From Desulfobaccales bacterium (GTDB lineage: Bacteria > Desulfobacterota > Desulfobaccia > Desulfobaccales > 0-14-0-80-60-11), in the NCBI GenBank assembly GCA_052326585.1, contig JBKQLU010000023.1:7800-71799 (forward strand): 64,000 nt of DNA, written 5' to 3'. Positions 12,834 to 21,170 of this stretch are shown piece after piece. Below the pieces are notes generated by a model, which was not told where the DNA came from, ran no database searches, and worked only from the letters and a program-made list of their open reading frames with translations. Numbering within the stretch: the first letter of the stretch is position 1; each line of letters begins with the position of its first letter. Position numbers and translations under genes: made by a program.

Positions 12834-13712
12834 TCACCCGGTAAGATGCCGGGCCATCCGGTAACGGGCGTAGATACTGCCATGCGCGCCACAGAGGACT
12901 GAAAAGGCGTAGCCCAGGCCGGCAGTCAGGATGATCGCAGGCCCGGAAGGGAGGTTGCCATGGTAGGACAGCAGGAGGCCGGCATAGCCGGACAACATGG
13001 CGATGACCACCGCGACCAGGGCCGTGGACCAGACCTGCCTGGCCCAGAAACGGGCGGAGACCGCCGGCAGCATCATCATTCCCACGGCCATCAAGGTTCC
13101 CAAGGCCTGGAATCCGGCCACCAGGTTGAGGACCACCAGGACCAGGAAAATTAGATGGACTACCGCCCCTTTGCCGCTGACCGACCTCAGGTAACCGGGA
13201 TCGAAACATTCAACGATGAGAGGCCGGTAGATGATCGCCAGGATCAGCAGAGTGGCAGTGGTAATGGCGGCCACTAAGACCAGGCCGGCGTCGTCCACCG
13301 CCAGAATGGTGCCAAAAAGCACGTGAACCAGGTCGAGACTGCTGCCCCGCCAGGAAATCAGGAGAACCCCCAAGGCCAGGGAAACCAAGTATAAGGCCGC
13401 AAAACTGGCATCCTCCCGCAGCAGCGTGACACGGCTGATCGCCCCGGACAGCAGGGCCACGGTGAGACCGGCGGCGATGCCTCCCAGGGTCATGGAGTAG
13501 AGGGATAGGCCGGAAACCAGGAAGCCCAGGGCCACCCCGGGTAGCACCGCATGGGACAGGGCGTCTCCCACCAGGCTCATGCGCCTCAAGACCAACAGCA
13601 CCCCGATGGGACCGCATCCCAGGCCGAGGGCCAGGCAGGCCACCAGGGCGTGGCGCATGAAGATGAAATCCTGGAAGGGCGCCAGGAAGATGGCCCAGAG
13701 ATGGCTCAACAT
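12834..13712 (-). CDS. Metal ABC transporter permease (ZnuB/TroCD family)
   Basis: 292 aa polytopic protein with the MSLVGDALSHAVLPGVA motif. Its start overlaps the end of the ATPase gene. Confidence 0.85.
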   Translation of the reverse strand: MLSHLWAIFLAPFQDFIFMRHALVACLALGLGCGPIGVLLVLRRMSLVGDALSHAVLPGVALGFLVSGLSLYSMTLGGIAAGLTVALLSGAISRVTLLREDASFAALYLVSLALGVLLISWRGSSLDLVHVLFGTILAVDDAGLVLVAAITTATLLILAIIYRPLIVECFDPGYLRSVSGKGAVVHLIFLVLVVLNLVAGFQALGTLMAVGMMMLPAVSARFWARQVWSTALVAVVIAMLSGYAGLLLSYHGNLPSGPAIILTAGLGYAFSVLCGAHGSIYARYRMARHLTG

Positions 13713-14449
13713 ACCCCGCTCCGAGGACAGGTCTCCGCCTCTTCGTCCCAGGCCTCGGACATCCGCTGGGCGCGTTGCAAATTCTCCGGATTGAGGACCT
13801 CCCCGGTATCTCCCCAGGCGATGGGCTCCCGGGCTAGCAGCAAGGTTCTGGGGAAATAGGAGTGCACCTGCTCATAGCTGTGCAGCGCCGCAATGATGGT
13901 GCGGTTCTCGGCGTGCCAGCGGTTCACCACCTGGAGGAGATCGTCGGTGGTCCGGCTATCCATGGAGTTGAAGGGCTCATCCAGGAGGATGACGGGAGCG
14001 TCCTGGAGGAGCAGGCGGGCAAAAAGGACCCGCTGAAACTGGCCCACCGAGAGATCGCTGATGGGCCGGCGCTCAAAACCCTCCAGCCCCACCGCGGCTA
14101 AGGCCTCCCGGGCCTTCCGCCACAGTTCGTCCCGCATGCCGGCGAACATGCCGATGCGCTCCCAGAGACCCAGGGCCACGAGGTCCAGAACCGTTATGGG
14201 GAAACTCCGGTCGATCTCCGCCTGTTGCGGCAGGTAGGCAATCCGGGAGATTTCCAGGCCCCCCAGGTCGATCCCGCCGGTAAAGGGCCGCAGGAGCCCT
14301 GCAATTCCCTTTAACAGGGTACTCTTCCCCGAGCCATTGGGTCCCACCAGTGCGGTCATCGATCCCGACGCGAAGGTTCCGGAAAGATGATGGACCGCGG
14401 GATGGCCTTCATAACCCAGGGTGAGATCGCGGATCACAATGGCTGCCAT
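13706..14449 (-). CDS. Metal ABC transporter ATP-binding protein (ZnuC-like)
   Basis: Start taken at MAAIVIRDLTLGYEG. Walker A GPNGSGKST, signature LSVGQFQRV, Walker B ILLDEP. The tracked ORF runs upstream to 14617. Confidence 0.85.
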   Translation of the reverse strand: MAAIVIRDLTLGYEGHPAVHHLSGTFASGSMTALVGPNGSGKSTLLKGIAGLLRPFTGGIDLGGLEISRIAYLPQQAEIDRSFPITVLDLVALGLWERIGMFAGMRDELWRKAREALAAVGLEGFERRPISDLSVGQFQRVLFARLLLQDAPVILLDEPFNSMDSRTTDDLLQVVNRWHAENRTIIAALHSYEQVHSYFPRTLLLAREPIAWGDTGEVLNPENLQRAQRMSEAWDEEAETCPRSGVC

Positions 14450-14462
14450 TGAGTCTCTCTTC

Positions 14463-14678
14463 TTAAAGCCAGCCGGCGGCCCAGGCCACGGCCAGCCATA
14501 GAAGGGCGGTAGCCGCCCCGGCGCAGAGCAGGCGGGCCCCGATACTCCACCCCAGGGGAGAAACGGGAGCCGGGACCGCGGTAAGCTCAACTGATGCCGC
14601 AGCCATTGAGTCGTCACTTACTGCTTTCTCGTCGGCATGGCCCATGGTTGGTAATCCAGCCTCAGGAGCGGCTCTCAC
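14463..14678 (-). CDS. Hypothetical small membrane protein between the regulator and the ABC ATPase (start uncertain)
   Basis: 71-codon ORF with one hydrophobic C-terminal helix (LLCAGAATALLWLAVAWAAGWL). It sits in the operon gap. There is no recognisable family and the region is GC-rich, so it may be spurious. Confidence 0.2.
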   Translation of the reverse strand: MRAAPEAGLPTMGHADEKAVSDDSMAAASVELTAVPAPVSPLGWSIGARLLCAGAATALLWLAVAWAAGWL

Positions 14679-14782
14679 GGTTAGCGCCGCTCGCTGAGGT
14701 ACAAGCGGGTTGTTTTAAAGGGGACGGTCCAGGGGAAGCAATCATGTCAATTTTGGGCGAGCCGCCTGGGCTGGCGAGCGGC

Positions 14783-15220
14783 TCAGGTGGCTTCGGCCTC
14801 CCGGCACTTATGGCAAATCCCGGCCAGCCGAATTTCGATGTGCTCGGCCCGGTTCCCCAGCGGCCCTTGCAGATCGGCCAAGACGCGGCTCATAGGCGCC
14901 GGGTCCAGGCACTCGATTTCCTGGCAGGTGCGGCACTGGAAATGGGGGTGGGGGGGCCGGTGCTCACAAGACAGTTCATAGTGATTCACCCGGCCTTGCA
15001 GGGACAGGCGGCGCACCATGCCGCGGCGGCAAAAATCCTCCAGGATGCGGTAGACCGTCACCTTGTCCACCCGGCGGCGGGCCCGGATGGCCGTCAGGAT
15101 CTCTTGGGCCTGCAGGGCCCGGGTCGCGTCCCCGAGCACCTCCAAGACCGCCAGACGCGCCGCGGTGAGCTTTAACCCCTGGGTAGCCAGACACTGGCGG
15201 AAATCGCAACTGTCACTCAT
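14783..15220 (-). CDS. Fur-family metalloregulator (Zur-like by context)
   Basis: 145 aa. The wHTH segment (LTAARLAVLEVL...VYRILEDF) plus CxxC pairs (CRTCQEIEC, CHKC) match Fur family. It is the first gene of the metal ABC string. Confidence 0.85.
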   Translation of the reverse strand: MSDSCDFRQCLATQGLKLTAARLAVLEVLGDATRALQAQEILTAIRARRRVDKVTVYRILEDFCRRGMVRRLSLQGRVNHYELSCEHRPPHPHFQCRTCQEIECLDPAPMSRVLADLQGPLGNRAEHIEIRLAGICHKCREAEAT

Positions 15221-15237
15221 ACCGGTGACTCCAAAAT

Positions 15238-15282
15238 CAACTTAGTTGCAAATATCATAAAGGCTGGCGCCCAAAAGGTCAA
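15238..15282 (-). promoter_or_regulatory. Candidate sigma70 promoter with a downstream palindrome (possible Fur/Zur operator)
   Basis: On the minus strand: TTGACC (15282-15277), a 17 nt spacer, TATGAT (15259-15254), then the perfect palindrome CAACTAAGTTG (15248-15238) ahead of the regulator ATG at 15220. Confidence 0.45.
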
Positions 15283-15694
15283 GTTGGCAGCTTAAACCGA
15301 AAACCATAAAACCATCACTCTCTTTTTTATCGCGGCCCGGGCCTGAACCCCTACCGCGCCGCCCGGGGGAGAGGGAACTCGTCACAGAATTGCGATCTCA
15401 TTCGCAGACCCCGTTAGGAGGGAACAAAAATTTGAATCGCACCCCTAATAGCAATAATTACTGTAATTATAAATAGATAACTAATTTAGCATCGTAAACC
15501 TGGCTGGCGCCGGTATAAATTATTGAACCGGGGCGTTTGGGTTCCTTGATATATCTTATTGATATTTATATTAAAAATGCTTATCAGATTTTGGCATATT
15601 TACTGCATGTATTATGAATCAGTATATGAACGCAATTAGGGTACTCACATCCCCCCCTTAATCAAAGTTCATATACCATTTTCTCCTTTGACCG

Positions 15695-15733
15695 ACTGGC
15701 CGGGTACCTCCCCCACCTGGCCAGTTTTTTTTT
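15695..15733 (+). terminator. Strong intrinsic terminator with no annotated upstream gene
   Basis: ACTGGCCGGGT (15695-15705) pairs with ACCTGGCCAGT (15715-15725), giving 11 bp with one G-U pair and a 9 nt loop. Eight further T residues follow. Confidence 0.65.
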
Positions 15734-15883
15734 GGCCGGGGTATATAGAGCCTTGGGAAGGAGAAAGCCCGGCCAAGGCAAGCCGGTCCATCTATTAGCA
15801 GGCAGCAGGTTGGGAAATATCCGGGCGCAATCCTGAGCCCCGGCAAACTCAACGTTCCATTCTCAAAAGACGGGAGGCCCCTC

Positions 15884-16216
15884 ATGTCGAAAGAAACCTT
15901 TCCTGCCTGGTACAATCTGATCAAAGAGAAACATGGGAAATTCGTCAAGGCCCTGGAGCAGTTGGGAGAGACGGCGCGCCGGGAAGGGCCTTTGGATGAA
16001 AAGACGACGCACCTGGTGCAATTGGCGGCCGCGGCCGCCATCCGTTCGGAAGGCTCGGTGCACAGCCACCTGCGCCGGGCCATGCAAGCCGGCGCCACCC
16101 CCGAGGAGATCTATCACACCATCATCATGCTCACCAGCACCATCGGTTTTCCCAATACCTCCGCGGCCCTGAGCTGGGTCTATAGCGCCCTGGAGAAGAA
16201 GCGGGTGGCGAAATAA
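15884..16216 (+). CDS. Carboxymuconolactone decarboxylase (AhpD-like) family protein
   Basis: 110 aa. LDEKTTHLVQLAAAAAIRSEGSVHSHLRRAMQAGATPEEIYHTI matches the CMD-domain pattern. Confidence 0.75.
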   Translation: MSKETFPAWYNLIKEKHGKFVKALEQLGETARREGPLDEKTTHLVQLAAAAAIRSEGSVHSHLRRAMQAGATPEEIYHTIIMLTSTIGFPNTSAALSWVYSALEKKRVAK

Positions 16217-16456
16217 AGGGCCAGCAGGAGGAGGGGCTCGGTTGGCGCGCCTGCGCAGGGATCTGCTGACTGGCTCTGGGCGCTGAAATTCAAGTATTCC
16301 CGCGTCTGATCCAGGCGATGGCCTCGTTTTTGCTCTTACCGGTGCTCTTCAGCACATAATCAAGGTTTATTCGAGATTAGGCGGCGCCCTTTTTTTGGGG
16401 GTCCCCGGCCGGCAAAAAATCACCTGACGCCTGGAGAACTACTGGTAAACAGCAAA

Positions 16457-16885
16457 CTATTGCCATTGAATGCCATACCCTGCCACGCGCCATTTACCAT
16501 TACCTTCAAGCTGTGTATTTACCGTCTCCATTCCAGATTTGCCGTTGGCAAAGGAGGTCTCAAACTGAATGACGACATACTGCCCCTCTGGGGCATTCGG
16601 CAGTGATGTCTTCGTAGTCAGGCTCTTTACTTTCCTGGAAATTAGTTTGCCGAGTGGTTTCCGTACTTCCTGCATCGATTTCACCCACTCCGCTTCCGTG
16701 ATGACCTTCTTGAAATAGGCGGCCCCTTGCTGCCAACTTGGCGCATATTCTCCAGTGTCGACCGTAGAAAGCCAATTTTTTGCCGCGGCCAGGGCAGCTT
16801 CCTGCTGCCTGGTCTCCGCCCCGAAGGCCACCTGCGGCACGAGCAGGGCTGCGAGCACCAACCCGATTAAGACTTTTCTCCGCAA
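16457..16885 (-). CDS. Secreted hypothetical protein, DUF4019-like
   Basis: 142 aa with a signal peptide (LVLAALLVPQVAFGAE). The overall pattern is recalled as DUF4019. This is recognition only and has not been searched. Confidence 0.5.
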   Translation of the reverse strand: MRRKVLIGLVLAALLVPQVAFGAETRQQEAALAAAKNWLSTVDTGEYAPSWQQGAAYFKKVITEAEWVKSMQEVRKPLGKLISRKVKSLTTKTSLPNAPEGQYVVIQFETSFANGKSGMETVNTQLEGNGKWRVAGYGIQWQ

Positions 16886-16915
16886 AGCGATTCTCCTCCA
16901 AATTCTGGAAATCTT

Positions 16916-18877
16916 TTAGGGGAGGGCCAGTTCCGGAATATCCTTATAGAATTCCAGAACTTCCGGATTGGCCAGGGCATCCCGGTTTAGGATCGGCTCA
17001 TGTTGGAGCATCTTCTTGATGGCAATCTCCACTTTTTTCATGTTGTGGGTATAGGGTACCCCGGGCACGGCGATGATCTTGGCCGGCACATGCCGCGGCG
17101 AGGCATTGGTGCGGATAGCCGTCCTTATTTTGTTCTTGAGCTCTTCGGTTAATGGCAGTCCATCTTTGATGACGACAAAGAGGATCACCCGCACATCCCC
17201 CTGCCAATCCTGCCCCACCACCACGCTGTCTTGGATCTCATCCAGGGCATCGATTTGCCGATAGATCTCCGCGGTGCCAATTCGGACCCCACCCGGATTG
17301 AGAGTGGCGTCAGACCGCCCATAGATTATCAGCCCTCCGGTACTGGTGATTTCGATAAAATCTCCATGGCGCCAGACCCCGGGATAGGACTCGAAATAGG
17401 CCTCACGATATTTTTTCCCGTCCGGATCATCCCAAAAATAGATGGGCATGGAAGGGAAGGGGGCCTCACATACCAATTCTCCCTTCGTATTGATTACGGC
17501 CTTGCCGTTGGCGTCGTAGGCGCGCACCTTCATGCCCAGGGGGACGCATTGCAACTCGCCGCGATAGACGGGTCCGATGGGATTGCCGATGCCGAAGCAG
17601 CCGTTAAGATCGGTGCCTCCCGAAATGGAGGAGAGTTGCAGGTCGCTTTTGATCTCGCCATAGACAAAATCGAACTGTTCGGGGGAAAGGGTCGATCCGG
17701 TTGAGAGAATCGTTCTAAGAGGCGTCAAGTCATATTCCCGGCCGGGCCTTACCCCGGTGGCTTGCAAGGCGGCCAGATATCCGGCGCTGGTCCCGAAAAC
17801 CGAGATCCCCTCATCCTGAGCTAACTTCCAGAGGGCGCCGGGATCGGGATAAAACGGGTTCCCGTCGAAAAGCACCAGGGTAGCGCCCACCGCCAATGAT
17901 GAGACCAACCAGTTCCACATCATCCAGCCGCAGGTAGTGAAGTAAAAGATAGTGTCCCGGCGTTTCAGATCCGAATGCAGCCGGAGTTCTTTGAATTGAT
18001 TCATCAGAATACCGCCGGCGCTCTGAACCATACATTTGGGCAGCCCTGTCGTTCCCGAGGAATACATGACGTAGAGGGGATGTTCGAAATCGAGCTGTTG
18101 GAATTCTAGTTCAAGATGCTCCTCCTTGGAGATGAAGTCATGGTAGTGGATGGCCTTGGGGATTATGCTGATGTCTGGCGCCGCTTCCGTGTAGGGCACC
18201 ACAATCACCTTTTCGGTCGATGGCAGCTCGCGCAGAATGTTTGCCAGCCTCTCCAGGCAATCAATCTTTTTCCCCTTAAATGAATAGCCATTGGCGGTGA
18301 AGACGATCTTGGGCTTGATCTGGCCGAAGCGATCTAAAACCCCTCTAATCCCGAAATCAGGGGAGCAGGAAGACCAGATGGCGCCAATGCTCGTGGCGGC
18401 CAGCATGGCGATGATGGTCTCGGGCATATTGGGCAGAAATCCCGCCACCCGGTCGCCCGCAACGACTCCGGCATCCCGCAGGGACTTGGCCAGTTGTGCG
18501 ACCTTGCCATAGAGTTGCCGATAGGTCATCCGGGTGGTCTCTTGGGCTTCGCCTTTGAATATAAGGGCGAGGTGATCATCACGATAGCGCAGGAGATTCT
18601 CGGCAAAGTTGAGCCGGGCGCCTGGAAACCAATGGGCTCCCGGCATCTTGGTCAAATCATCGATAACCAGGTCGTAGGGGCGAGACGCTCTGATTTCAGC
18701 ATAATCCCACATGGTGGCCCAGAAATCGGGGATATTGTCGATGGACCAGGTATAGAGTTCAGCGTACGAGGTAAAATGCTTGCCGTATTTTTCGTTAACC
18801 TCTTTCATAAAGTGGGTCATATTGGCGTTCTGGATTCTTTCGGGAGGAGGGGTCCACATGGGCTTTTTAGCAGACAT
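16916..18877 (-). CDS. Acetoacetate--CoA ligase (acetoacetyl-CoA synthetase)
   Basis: 653 aa. The N-terminus (WTPPPERIQNANMTHFMKEV...IDNIPDFWATMWDY) and the AMP-binding core (YSSGTTGLPK) are characteristic of this family. Confidence 0.88.
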   Translation of the reverse strand: MSAKKPMWTPPPERIQNANMTHFMKEVNEKYGKHFTSYAELYTWSIDNIPDFWATMWDYAEIRASRPYDLVIDDLTKMPGAHWFPGARLNFAENLLRYRDDHLALIFKGEAQETTRMTYRQLYGKVAQLAKSLRDAGVVAGDRVAGFLPNMPETIIAMLAATSIGAIWSSCSPDFGIRGVLDRFGQIKPKIVFTANGYSFKGKKIDCLERLANILRELPSTEKVIVVPYTEAAPDISIIPKAIHYHDFISKEEHLELEFQQLDFEHPLYVMYSSGTTGLPKCMVQSAGGILMNQFKELRLHSDLKRRDTIFYFTTCGWMMWNWLVSSLAVGATLVLFDGNPFYPDPGALWKLAQDEGISVFGTSAGYLAALQATGVRPGREYDLTPLRTILSTGSTLSPEQFDFVYGEIKSDLQLSSISGGTDLNGCFGIGNPIGPVYRGELQCVPLGMKVRAYDANGKAVINTKGELVCEAPFPSMPIYFWDDPDGKKYREAYFESYPGVWRHGDFIEITSTGGLIIYGRSDATLNPGGVRIGTAEIYRQIDALDEIQDSVVVGQDWQGDVRVILFVVIKDGLPLTEELKNKIRTAIRTNASPRHVPAKIIAVPGVPYTHNMKKVEIAIKKMLQHEPILNRDALANPEVLEFYKDIPELALP

Positions 18878-18945
18878 CGGTTACTCCTTATTTAAGTGCC
18901 GCATAGAAAGTCGCTGACGCCAGAATACTACAAAATCGGCAAATT

Positions 18946-18961
18946 TGCACCGCCTTAGCCA
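18946..18961 (-). promoter_or_regulatory. Possible sigma54 (-24/-12) promoter upstream of the acetoacetyl-CoA synthetase gene
   Basis: The minus strand reads TGGCTAAGGCGGTGCA. The GG and GC doublets have the canonical TGGCAC-N5-TTGCA spacing, about 70 nt upstream of the ATG. No enhancer-binding protein gene is in the window. Confidence 0.3.
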
Positions 18962-19418
18962 GGCGGCCCGCGTGCATCCATTTTAACCAAATCCCCGCCG
19001 GATGCAACGTAAACGGCCCTAGCCTCTTTTTATTCAGGCACTTGTTGGCGGCACTGGAGTTGCGCCCTTGCGGGTGCAGGGAGGAAGGGGCAGGCAGGCT
19101 GCTTCTCTGCCGAAGTGGCCAGACTGCGGTGGTGGCCAAGCAAAAAAATTTGAGATGGTTTATTACCTTAGCGCAATGATAGCGAATAATCGGCTAAATT
19201 CGCTCGCAGGATGGGCGGCCTCTCGCCGGAGAAGAACCGAAAGCCGCGATTACAGCCAACCCGGATGGTGGAAGGAAAGACGCCTGGTGATTTTGGTACA
19301 GAGTTCAAGGTAATAGAGTATTACTTCCTAGTCCAATTCTTGTATCAAACTTATCATGAAGAATTATCTCAAAATATGCAGTAACATCTCGACGGCGAGA
19401 CCTATGATGCCGATTATT

Positions 19419-19514
19419 TCATTTATCAAAAACAATAGCCATGATAGACAAAAATAGCCCACCAGCCAAAATTACATACCAATTGGTAAAAATTTTATGC
19501 AATTTATCGGTCAT
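19419..19514 (-). CDS. Candidate 31-aa hydrophobic peptide (MTDKLHKIFTNWYVILAGGLFLSIMAIVFDK)
   Basis: Below the ORF-track cutoff. The ATG at 19514 is preceded by GGAGGA with an 8 nt spacer. It has one predicted TM helix and lies directly downstream of the terminator at 19546-19584. Confidence 0.3.
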   Translation of the reverse strand: MTDKLHKIFTNWYVILAGGLFLSIMAIVFDK

Positions 19515-19545
19515 TGGAAAATTCCTCCAACTTCGATTTCTAAAC

Positions 19546-19584
19546 AAAAAAAAGCCGCGCTGCCCAGTTTCCAGGCAACCCGGC
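19546..19584 (-). terminator. Intrinsic terminator (minus strand)
   Basis: On the minus strand GCCGGGUUGCCUGG-AAA-CUGGGCAGCGCGGC forms 14 positions with one mismatch, followed by U8 (the A-run at 19546-19553 on the plus strand). Confidence 0.75.
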
Positions 19585-19651
19585 TATCTCTCAGAGACCC
19601 GTGGCTTTCCGTCCCCGCGTCACGGCGGGTTTGGCTTTTTCTGTTTTCTTT
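19546..19651 (-). ncRNA. Candidate ~105-nt small RNA or cis-acting leader, bounded by a promoter and a terminator
   Basis: The near-consensus promoter at 19658-19686 and the terminator at 19546-19584 enclose about 105 nt with no credible ORF. The 5' part is A-rich and is followed by several short hairpins. No known family was recognised. Confidence 0.4.
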
Positions 19652-19657
19652 CTTGTA

Positions 19658-19686
19658 TTAATAAACAGGCTGGTTATATCCGTCAA
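19658..19686 (-). promoter_or_regulatory. Near-consensus sigma70 promoter (minus strand)
   Basis: TTGACG (19686-19681), a 17 nt spacer, then TATTAA (19663-19658). Confidence 0.55.
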
Positions 19687-20015
19687 GCTCTTTTGAGGGA
19701 TTTTTAAAAAAATTGTCGACTCATTATAAAACCTTTGCCACAGGTTTGGTAGGCTAACTGAGCAAGGTCACGGGGGATTTCTTTTTGCCAATGCCTTATG
19801 GTTTATTTATCAGCCGGAGAACCAGAAGAGATGCGAATCTGCCGGAAATCATTTCGAGCCTCACTTCAGCCCCGCCTGGCGCAGGGCGTCCAGGATGCGA
19901 TCCCTTCCTGGCCCTTCCTTCCAGGGTTGCATTTTGGCGTAGCTCATGAGTACATATTTTTATTGCGGTGGCCAAGGCTGCCCGCATAAACTTGCCTGAT
20001 CAAGGAGAGGAAAAT

Positions 20016-20819
20016 ATGTCCCGAAGAATGATTGGTAAGCTTCTTCTTCTCTTACTGCTGGCCGTGGTTCTGCTTATTCCCGCAGTATCCGAGGCCGCGG
20101 CCCCGCGGCTGGGGGTAGTGCTGCTGCATGGCAAGACGGGCAAGCCCGCAAAACTGTGGGTCCTGTCGAGCGGCTTGGAGGCCCAGGGGTTTCTCGTCTC
20201 CACCCCGGCCATGCCTTGGTCCTTTAACCGCTATCTCGATGCCAGCTTTGAGACGGCCCTGGATGAGATTGCCGCCGCCATCACCCAACTCAAGCAGAAA
20301 GGAGCCACTAAAATCGTAGTGGCGGGACATAGCATGGGGGCCAATGCCGCCCTGGCTTATGCCGCTAACCGGGGCGGGGTTGATGGGGTCATCATGCTGG
20401 CCCCGGGGCATTGGCCGGATTTGCCCCGATTTCAGCAAAGGGTTCAGGAAGGGGTTGCCAAGGCCCGGGAGATGGTGCAGTCCGGTCGCGGGACCCAAAC
20501 CGCAGAGTTTCCAGACATAAACCAGGGGAAGCCTTTTTTGGTTAATACGCAAGCCCAAATCTATCTCAGCTATTTCGCTCCCGACGGGCTGGGGGCCATG
20601 GGGCGCAACGCCGCCCGCCTGGATGCCAAGATCCCCTTGCTGGTAGTGGTTGGGGATAAGGATACGCTTAATCCCCAGACCCAGGCCAAAGATTATATCT
20701 TCACCAAGGCGCCGGCTAACCCCTTAAGCCAATTTGTGGTGGTTTCCGCCGATCACCTGGGCACCCCGGCGGCAGCCGAGGCCGACGTAGTGCGTTGGTT
20801 GAAATCCCTGCCGAATTAA
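20016..20819 (+). CDS. Secreted alpha/beta hydrolase
   Basis: Start taken at MSRRMIGKLLLLLLLAVVLLIPAVSEA (signal peptide) after GGAGAGGAA. Nucleophile elbow GHSMGA. The tracked ORF starts at 19968. Confidence 0.7.
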   Translation: MSRRMIGKLLLLLLLAVVLLIPAVSEAAAPRLGVVLLHGKTGKPAKLWVLSSGLEAQGFLVSTPAMPWSFNRYLDASFETALDEIAAAITQLKQKGATKIVVAGHSMGANAALAYAANRGGVDGVIMLAPGHWPDLPRFQQRVQEGVAKAREMVQSGRGTQTAEFPDINQGKPFLVNTQAQIYLSYFAPDGLGAMGRNAARLDAKIPLLVVVGDKDTLNPQTQAKDYIFTKAPANPLSQFVVVSADHLGTPAAAEADVVRWLKSLPN

Positions 20820-21170
20820 ACCGAGGACCCCTTACCCTCAGGGCCCGGATACCTCTATACTATGGCTTAGGGGCCCCAGGCTAGTACCGAATGGTAATGA
20901 TGTGAGGAAAAGAGGATCTCAAAGAGGATGAGAATGATCATGAACCCTCAGATAACCTCTCACCCTCGGGCATTTCCGCCACATCCCTTAACTTTTGCAC
21001 CCGCTCCTTTGAAAATTGATAATATATAAATTCATCTCACCACCTATACTGCAAGTCGGTCAGTCTATCGGGAGTAGTCAGGGTGGACGAAGGCAAAGCC
21101 GCGGCATAGCAGGCCGAGAGGCGCACTGAGGAATTACCGGAAACGGTAGAATTGAGAGTGGCATACCCCA

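Noticed and set aside
19441-19707. 88-codon plus-strand ORF covering the candidate sRNA region.
   Set aside because: It reads through a poly-A tract, a terminator hairpin and a promoter that belong to the opposite strand. There is no RBS, and the translation is not protein-like.
19861-19947. 28-codon minus-strand ORF (MSYAKMQPWKEGPGRDRILDALRQAGLK) that looks like the N-terminal stub of a regulator.
   Set aside because: It has no Shine-Dalgarno sequence and is too short to evaluate. Nothing continues in any frame. It may be a gene remnant, but that cannot be supported.
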